This document shows, one piece after another, positions 54,833-64,000 of a DNA stretch of 64,000 bases; the first letter of the stretch is position 1, and each line of letters opens with the position of its first letter. The stretch is taken from contig OZ193909.1 in NCBI GenBank assembly GCA_964276515.1, positions 8,866,001 to 8,930,000 of the forward strand. The letters are read 5' to 3'. The position numbers were made by a program, and so were the translations under genes. The stretch is from Gordius albopunctatus. Its lineage: Eukaryota. The notes below the pieces were generated by a model. The model ran no database searches and was not told the origin of the DNA. It saw only the letters and a list, made by a program, of their open reading frames with translations.

Positions 54833-55638
54833 ATTATCAGAAAAAGGGTTGCAAAAAATATCAAATATAGGAGACAACAATAATCAGTATATACATTTTA
54901 AAGGAAGAAATGATAGATTGGTTATATCATATGGTAATATTTTTCTATTTTTACACCATATTATTGTCAAGTATTATAGTAAAATTATCATTTTATAGTT
55001 TGTGGCTTGGGATTTGGTTTAGCTAATGCATTTTTGTCCATTATAAACCCTTTATTTGATTTAAATGGGCCAGGAACATATGGAATATATGAGCTTAGCT
55101 TTAAATCATACTTATTGACTAAATGTAAGTTTATTTTATTTCATTAATATACATGCTCTATTTTGAATTAGCCTACTTTATATATTCTATATCAAAATGT
55201 GTGTATGAATTAAAGTTCTTTATATATATTTAAGGTTAATTTAAATATTTCTATCTTTACAATAAAATATGCTATATATATTTATTTAAGGTTTATATTA
55301 TAAATTTTATACTAATATTTTTTTAGCATTTTGCTCTCAAGGTTTCATATTCTTTAACATTTTTTGGACAGTCATTTTGTATAATGGTTATGACAAAAAG
55401 GAGTATACCAAGGTTGTTCTTGCAATAGTCACACATTTGTTAGCAGTTCTATTGGTAACACTACTAAGTTATTAATTTATTTTATTTTTAGACATATTTG
55501 AATGTGTTTAATTTTGAACTCACCATTTTATTTATTTATTTGCTAATGATAATTTTGGCTGTCTATACTATGAAGATTTGGGGAGTCACTTTTAAATCCC
55601 TATGTAAAAGTATTAAACTGTTTACTGGAATTGATTAA
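54833..55638 (+). CDS. aph-1: Gamma-secretase subunit APH-1, last four exons
   Basis: Exons 54833-54933, 54999-55124, 55327-55454 and 55492-55638 splice in frame: LSEKGLQKIS...SYVCGLGFGL..FLSIINPL...GPGTYG...FFNIFWTVI...THLLAVLLTYLN...stop. Confidence 0.85.
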
Positions 55639-56539
55639 GCTCCAATTATTCAATACAATGAATTAGCAAGTTGGAATACTGTACATATATAGTCGCCATT
55701 TAGTAATGTTTTATAATAAAGTTTGTTCAATATTTAATTAGCAATTGCCAATGAAACAGATTTTAAAATAATTTAGTCTGATTTTGGGATATTTAAAGAT
55801 GATGTTAATTAAATCTATTATTTATTTATTTGTATGTACTCTATGACATAATAGTCAGAAAAATTAATAAAATAAGCAGACCAATTTGATGATATAATCT
55901 AAATTGTACTCTTTAATATTTGATTATTTATTAATAAAGTTGTTAATGAAGACATATAACATAACTAGATTTAAAAAATATTAAATAGTTATAATTTTAT
56001 AAACTTGAACAAGACACATAAATTTAATCTAGTTTGTCTGCTATATATTTGTTCTCTGCTGTTCGAGTAGATAAATAAAAGTGGTGGTTTGACATTATTA
56101 ATATATTGAAAACATGTGGCAAAGAAGAATATTATAAACTTTACAAAATACTGATTCTAAGATAAAAAAATTGGCACTGGTTTAATTGCCAAAACTATTA
56201 TTAATAACCTATTCTAGGTCTAATAATACTTCTGTTTTCTAAATTTGTGTTTAAATTACAACAACTGTGGCCAGTTGTGAGACAAAAATGGAATTTATTT
56301 AAAATTTTGACTAAACTAAATACATTATGGGATAACAAATTTTATTTTTAATTAAGTTGGAATAGTAATAGAAATATTATTTGTGTCACGTCTGATATTC
56401 AAAATTTTAAATTGTGGTCTAAAATTAGTGATTTAAAGGACACATCGAGGGGTCTGCTAGAGTGATATTATGGTGTGCATATAGCCTTACCATATTGCTA
56501 GTCTTTCTTTCTTTTGAGGAATTTCAATGTGGGTGTAGT

Positions 56540-57258
56540 CAAGGGTTTGAACCTGCCCAAAATAAAATCGGGTTCGGGTTTGTCATAAATTTTGAATTCG
56601 TCTTCGGGTTTAAGGAATTGGGACCGGGTACAGGTTCGGGTTCAAGAAATTATATTATACTAATAATACATTTTTACCTTCAAAAATTATTGAATAGTTA
56701 ACTTAATTTTTAAATAGCACCTAATTAAATTCACATGCCAATTATTTCATCTCATTATGCATAAGTATTAATGTTTTAATTTATTTATGGATTTAAAAGC
56801 AATAAAAATATAATTAATAAAAGCCATACCATATTATAAATTACACAAAAATATTTTTATTCAACGTATTACTTCATATCATGAAATATAAATACAGTTG
56901 ACACATAAATTATGTATAAAAAACTGTTATTATAATTAAAAACCATACTATAACTAATATATATCAATTATATATATAATATATACAAATAATTCTTGAG
57001 ATAATTGGTATTGATTAATGAATGATAAATGCCGGAAACATAAAAATATTGAAATTAAAATCGTATGGTTTTCGTTACATTGTCATGATTGAGAAAACTA
57101 AGATATTCAATTCACAATATATTTTTGAATTAAAAACCCGAACCCTTTTTTGTATTCATCGGGTTCGGGTTTTAAGGGTATTTTTAAAAATGGGTTCGGG
57201 TTCTGTAAAACATCGGGTTTTACCCGTTTCGGGTTCAGGGGTACGGGACAAACCCCTG
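56540..57258. mobile_element. hAT-type MITE
   Basis: TIR caagggtttg / caaacccctg; cgggtt repeats; degenerate TSD ggtgtagt / gatgtagg. Confidence 0.7.
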
Positions 57259-57319
57259 GATGTAGGGTAAACTAACAACAATTAATTTATCGGAGAGACT
57301 TGTAGGGAAACAAATTACA

Positions 57320-58950
57320 GTTACCTTGGAAGAGATTTGGTTGTAATACGTACAAGGTGAAAATAGAAAGAATACACACACAGAATTAACTTTCATTTGA
57401 AAGTGTGCGATTCCAAGTTGACATTGATGGCCAGGTATTCCATGATTGTCCTAGGTTCCAGCGAGGATTTATTGTGGTTAATGGTAAGGTTCCAACATTT
57501 AGGCAGGTATAAGAACCGCAGAGTGTCAGCCTTGACAAGTGTTTTGGAATGCTCATAAATCGTTGTATTTCGACTTTGTCACTGCCTTGCTACATAGGTC
57601 CATCATCACTTGTTGTAGCACGAAGGGTGAAAACCCAGCCCCCATGGGCAGTACCTTGTAGGAATACTTTTGTCGTCTGTATCGGAAGCCGAAGAATTTG
57701 GAGGATTCCACTGCCGGAGGAATAGAGAAAAACGCGGCCTTCATATCAATTTTGGTCATGAATAATGCGTCCGACAAAGAAGAAGCGATTAAGGGAATGG
57801 ATATCAGTGTAAACGGGTACTTTATAAAGTTTTTCAATATATGGTATAAATCAGCTATCAGTCGTGGCGACCCGTCACTTTTAGTGATAAAGTACTTGGG
57901 TGACGGAATGGCTTCTGTGTTGCTACGGACAATATTGCTGAGGATAATTTCATCTACCAAAGGTTTGTGCTTACGGGGGATAGCCTTTACATACCGAGGG
58001 ACATAGTATTTCCCCTTGTTATCTGCAATGGCTTTTCGCGAAATCTTTGGTTTAAACCCGTGAGTCGCAATCCTATGAGTGAATCGTGATTGCATGTGAT
58101 GTGGTTTCAGGATTGTTGTTCGTATGGATAGGGGAAGATCAAAATGTGTAAAAGAGGATAAGGCGTGGGAGGGGAATGAGGGAATGTTGGATGGTTCGCT
58201 AATGATAGGTGGGCTGTCGCTATCCAAACCCACCTCCCTCCATTGATCGTGGAGATGTCCCGGCACATTTAAACGTTCGGGTAGCGGCGCGTCGGAAGGA
58301 TGAATCGGTTCCTCCAACTCCAGGCCATCGTCGGGAGAGATGATGTTTAAAGCGATATTCCTGGCAATGGCAGTATAGTTATTTAACCATGTTGGAATAG
58401 TACCATCCCTCGTCGACCTCGGCGGGTTAACACCACAGCCGAGGGTCGCCGCTACCGTCCTTACGTATCTACGTTCGTTCCGCCCGAGGCGGAGGCGCCC
58501 CTTTCGCGTAAGCGCCCTTCTTCCTTGGAGCATTGAATCTATTAGGCGGCCGAAAAAGCTGCACTGGTTCGGTATATTGCCCCATACCCATTTTTTCGCC
58601 CCAGTCTTTGGGTTTTCCCGTGACTGCTTGCCATCCGTAATGTGACCCCATGGCTATTGTTCTGACTCTTTCTGAGAACTTGTCGATAGTTTTATCATAG
58701 TCGTTGATGGAATCTTCCAGACTGAGTAGGAACTCCGCCTCATGTTTCTGATAGGCTGGCATCGAGTAGTTTGTCTCTACTGCCTAACGTAGGCCCTTGA
58801 GTCGCAGTTTCAAAACCACAATATTAGAGTTGGGGGTGCATGATGCCCTAGCACGTTCGCTGGCCAGTAAGGTCCATAGCTCCGCACGAGTCATGGTTAC
58901 AGACTCTGCCGGTTGGGACGGCGCCCAATGTGGCCGATCCACCACATTGA
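57320..58950 (-). mobile_element. DIRS/Ngaro-like retrotransposon fragment (gag-like + RT)
   Basis: RT motifs KIDMKAAFFSI and LPMGAGFSPFVLQ, thumb INHNKSSLEP..EYL, and an overlapping upstream gag-like ORF. Confidence 0.75.
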
Positions 58951-58951
58951 T

Positions 58952-60440
58952 TAGTGATGCGGAAAAACCGAGAAAAATCTCGGTCTCGTCTCGTCTCGAA
59001 AAACCGAGACGAGAATTTAAAAAATGGAGTCGAGATCGAGACGAGACGAAATTTTATCGGCGAGATCTCGACTTTTTTTATCGTTATATTTTAGTAAATT
59101 ATTGTGTATTTTAATTTGCATGATTTACATTTAAGGTATTAAGTTTAAATTAATACGTATGGAATATATTTGACATTAAAAAATTCCTGTAAATATTATA
59201 TTTTTTGTAGGATTTACCTAAGTATGGTTGACCCTTAGGGTATTGAATAATTTTATAATATCTTTATCACATATTTAAATCCATAGCATTATTAAATATT
59301 ACAAAATTATAGGCTTAGAATGAGTTCTGATTGAATAGTAAATATAAACAAAGCATATTTATATTTCGCAGTTATTCATCCTGCATAATGCAGTAATTAT
59401 AAATTGGTGGTCAATCAGTTTGAATAATTAAACTAGTTAAGCTAAGGTGGCTCGAGATTTTTTAGCACCTGCTTAACGATTTCAAAAGCACCGCAATAGA
59501 TTAGATCTAAAGCATGAGTTTTCTAGAAGTTTTATGCTTCAACTATATTCGATAAATAACTATTTAATGTCAAAGTTAGTTAGAATTGGAAGATAATTAT
59601 TTGGAATATAAATTGATTTTTGTCATAAATTTAAATACGTGCAATTTAGAGTTTAAAACCTTATATTCCTAATCCTATAATAATGCTGCTTTTATTGTTG
59701 TTTCTACCCGTTTTTATATGTGCATCTAGTTATCAATTCTGTAAATAATAATATAATTGATTAAAAGTCACTCGCACATTGTGGTTTATAACGCTATAGT
59801 AAACATGCAATAAACACTATGGGCTATAATTAATAATGGTACTAATGGACTTTAATGTTTGCCTTAAATATGTTAAGGTCTACTTCGAAGCTTTAGCCAA
59901 GGTTAATAAAGGGTCTCAATTTGCTAAATTGTGCAACTAAGTCAACTATAACCGAAATTATTATTTTTTAAGTCTATATAGTTGACAAACACGGTGATTT
60001 GATACAAACGTTATAATTTGCTAGAACAATAAAATTTAATTTTCTATACTTCAAATTTATTTATAGTTTTTTAGTCTGCACTTCCCATAGAAAATGTTAT
60101 TTTTTTGAATGAATTCATATCTTTATATTCACAATGAGATGTCGTATCCCGATATTAAAAAGTTTGTGTATTAAAGTTTATCAAAAAATATAAAAATTTG
60201 CCATTTTAATTTTTTAAAACTTATTTAATATTTTTAATAAAACAGGAGAAATTTTCATTCCGTATATATTTTTTTTTAAAAAGTCGAGACGAGACGAGAA
60301 TTCTAATCGAGACGAGATCGAGATTTTTCTAGACCAACACGAGATCGAGATTTTCATAATCGCTGTCGAGACGAGACGAGATTTTGTTTTCGAGACCGAG
60401 ACGAGATCGAAACAATTGATCGTTTCTTCGCTTCTCCCTA
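58952..60440. mobile_element. hAT-like non-autonomous element
   Basis: Ends tagtgatgcg / cgcttctcccta with dense cgaga subterminal repeats at both ends; no TSD. Confidence 0.65.
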
Positions 60441-60454
60441 GCATGTTTCTCAGA

Positions 60455-60860
60455 GTAGTAATATTCAGGCGGAAAGGATGGTGGGATTGGTGAAGAGCTG
60501 GTTGAATAAAGAGTTCAGCGGAGGAGGTGAGAGTTGGAAAATGAGGTTAATGTCCCTGAACGCGAGGAAAGGTAAAGGTTTATCCCCTGCAGAAAAGTTT
60601 TAGGTGCCCGAAGAAAAACATGGTTGGATTTTATGAAAAGGTGTGATGAAGAAAAGGTTAAACACGATTGTAAGTTTAAGAAAGGACAGTTGGTTTGGAT
60701 CAGAATGTTTGGGAAAGGTGTGAAATGGCCTAAGGGAACTTTAGTAAACACGGTAGGAGGATTTAAATGTAAAGTTAAAGAATTAGAAGGAAAGGAATGT
60801 TGGAGACACGTGGATCAGCTAAAGGTGAGAAAGGAGATGGAAGGTGTGAAAGGGTTATGA
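60455..60860 (+). pseudogene. Gypsy integrase C-terminal fragment
   Basis: QAERMVGLVK, then FKKGQLVWIR...KW.KG...RHVDQL. Confidence 0.7.
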
Positions 60861-61199
60861 ATTAATCCATATATTTTATACTTATATCTTTTGTCTATTA
60901 ACTATTTTAAGATACCATTTAAACTTCTTAATTGGATGAACAACAGAACGTCGAAGTCTGAGAATATGACAAAGGGGCGAAGGTGGACTGGGAAATTACT
61001 TTATATCCTCTTACCCTACTAATCTACGACATATTTTCTTAACCTACCCTTACGTCAATATTTATTTGTAAACTATTTGCTATACCTTTTCTTCTATATT
61101 TATTTGTAAACTATCTTTAAAAGTAATTTGTATTCATCCAAAAAAAATTAAAAAAAAATAATAATAATCGGTTAGCCTAGTAAAATAGGCGAGCGATGT

Positions 61200-61930
61200 A
61201 ATAGCCGTCAATTATAAAAGTCTTGTACTCACTCACCTCCAAATAATGTGTTCCCCCCCTCCGTCGATTATAAAAGTCTTGTACTCAATCACCTCAAAAT
61301 AATGTGTTCCCCCCGTCGATTATAAAAGTCTTGTACCCACTCACTTCAAAATAATGTGTTTCCCCCCCTCCTCTTGTCAAAACGCGATTAAATTTTTGTC
61401 AAACCATGTGCAATAGCCGTCAATTGCCTTATATAAAAGTCTTGTACCCACTTATCTCAATTTCATGTGTCCCCTATCCCCTAGCCGAATGATCCTATAT
61501 TTAAGTCTGTTACCCATCTTCAAGCCATGTGATTCCCTCCCCCTCCTCCTAACCACGATCATATTTTGTCAAACCATGTAGTTCCCCCCTCCCCTCTTCT
61601 AAACCGCGATCGTATGTTGTCCCTGGAGGGACTAAATATATCGAAAGAGTCGAAGCCCTGTGGTCTGCCCGCTACAGCCGCATGATCCCATATGGAAGTC
61701 TGTGACCCATCTCAAAGCCATGGGATTTCTTCCCCCATCCTCCAAACCACGATCATATTTTGCCACCTGTCCGCCCCAAATATATGAAATATTGAGACCG
61801 TGTAGTTTTACTCCCCCCCCCCCTTTCTCTCTCTCTCCTCTAAACCACTAGACATGGTGTAACCTGTTCGTCCCAAATATATGAAGGTTAAAGCTTACTC
61901 ATATAAAAACCATGTGATTCCCCCCTCTTC
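61200..61930. repeat. Degenerate minisatellite
   Basis: tataaaagtcttgtac occurs four times (about 55-bp spacing at first), followed by ccatgtg/cccctcc repeats. Confidence 0.7.
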
Positions 61931-63499
61931 CTACGTTAAAAAACATTGAGCGTCTGTATGGGAGCAATCTCCATGTCTGCCAGGGAGAATTCCACCTATT
62001 ATCTAGACCCCCTCCCCGTCGGGGTTATGATAAAAATGGGACATGTAGTATACTACTACTTCCTTTCCTAGACCATGCCTTCCCTTAATTATTAAAGAAA
62101 GCCGATTACGTTATGCCCTTTGTCTACCGGCGAGCAGATGGCAAGATTCCCACTATACAACCATACCTTACTCGAAGACATCTGAATGATTAACGTCAAC
62201 AACTGTATTACTACTTCCCTTCTCAGCCCATGCCTTCCCTTAATTATCAAAGAAAGCCGATTACGTTCCCTTACTCTAAGACATCCGAATGACTTGACTG
62301 TGTGATGGGCGCCGGCATCCCTTATTCTAGGACATTATAATGATTGGCGCCAACAAGTTACAACTCCGAAAACAGATGCAAAAAATTCTAATTACACACG
62401 AAGTTCATACAACCCCCCTTTTCTCTTTACCTTTCCCTTTACCCAGCCAGAAGTACATGAGTGCAGACAACGCCCGAATAAAAGAATAATAGATTTTATA
62501 CACAACTAGAGTTTTGATTTTCGAATTCCCCCTTTTAACAAACCCCGACATCTTTAATTCTCGTTATAAAATACACTCGCTTCGCTAATGTCTAATTCGC
62601 ACTTTATATTCGCTCGCTTAATAAATAAATTACCATCGGTTTATCTATCATATTTTAATTCTATTCTATTTAATAATTTTTGGTTTATTTAATTATTTTA
62701 AGGGGTCAACTTTTCCTTAAGTTTGGACAACTCTATTTTTTAAAGATTTTTAAGCCAAATTTTCTAGATTTATAGTTACAACATAATTTTATATTTTTAT
62801 TATCAAAAAAGTTATGCTAAGATCCAAATTTAATCACATAGGAGAGGATTTTTGGGATTAAATCAATTTTGTATAACACCTGATAAAATAACCTATAGTA
62901 GATTACTTTAATGTTAAAGCATAATGCTTTTAAAATTTGAAAAGTTGACGATAGCTATTTAATGTTTTGGGTCATCAGAGTACCTTGGATGTGTTTAGCA
63001 ATTTATATTCGATTCTGTGTTGTCTAATTATTCGTACTGGCTGTGGGGATATTTATTATTTATAGTCTGGGGATTGTTTTATTTGTAACTTTATTCACTC
63101 TACTCTGTTATACTCCAAATAATAGTTTATTGTTTCTGTATCACTCTAAATAATAACGATAGATATATATATATATAGCGTAGCGACGACACGTATCGGG
63201 GAAAAGGGGGAAAAATTTAGATTCTCGGGAGAAGCGTTCAAAACCCAACGTTCTCTTCGGATTCTGCGGAGAAACGTTCTGATAGACACGTTCTGCTGTG
63301 TATCGATTTTCGTGGGGCTTATATAGGTTTTATTTTTTTGGCGTCGTTAACCATTTCCCATCCTTTGACCTCCTTCTTCGTTCCAATCCTTAATTTATTA
63401 CCCATCCCTTTCAAGGTCTGGCTTCCTTGGCTCCTTTTCGTTCCAAACTTTTTGGGGATCTTAATTTATTACCTTACTGTTCTCAATGGCACGTTCCTT

Positions 63500-64000
63500 T
63501 TAAGTCTCTGCTCTACTCCGCGAAGACGCCCAAGAGCTTAGTAAGTGCAATCTAAGGTTGGGCCCCTTCTCACGCCAAATGGCGCATAAGGTCACGTTGG
63601 TGACAACGTGTGGAAAGTTCCTGTAACAAATTTGATCAATATGCAGTATAATTATGGCACGTTTATATGTAATACCCAAATTTATAAGAATTAAAGAGAA
63701 CATTCTGGATGAGCGTTTATTACAACAAGATAGTTGGTTCTTTGAGAACTCTATCCATAGTTTCCTATCTTGCATTATTGTCAACATTGAATCTTAGTCC
63801 TGACCTAATAATTTAATTTCACGAAAAGTCTTGTGAAGCCAACTGCCGTTGCACTTCAAGCCTCTTAGTGAAGGAAGATACCAGAACAGGGAAGACAGGC
63901 AATAGTTTGTTCCCTTCCTCCGGGCCTGATGTGCTAAAAAATTCCACTTCCTTGTTAACATAATATTTTTAACTGGAGGGATCTTACAACGCATCCACAG
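63500..64000 (-). pseudogene. Possible decayed DIRS-like RNase H fragment
   Basis: LRFNVDNNA motif in a frameshifted region that is richer in GC than its surroundings; weak evidence. Confidence 0.3.

Overview
AT-rich eukaryotic (animal-like) genomic DNA with very small GT-AG introns (mostly 33-41 nt). It is dominated by transposable elements. Host genes are a complete 8-exon RPL3 (minus, 402 aa) and the 3' four exons of an APH-1 gamma-secretase subunit, whose possible 5' exons lie about 7.8 kb upstream and look damaged. Mobile elements include three RTE non-LTR retrotransposons, two non-autonomous LTR elements with TSDs, a gypsy pol remnant, a Tigger/pogo element, a Helitron, DIRS-like fragments, and many hAT-type elements and MITEs. 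Highlights: (1) a full-length RTE whose 5' end is a twister ribozyme core starting at the expected cleavage site; (2) a 14.8-kb TIR element with an 8-bp TSD carrying FLYWCH/MULE transposase-like genes; (3) three different tandem arrays in those genes where each repeat unit is one small intron plus one symmetric phase-1 exon. All calls come from reading the sequence; no searches were run.
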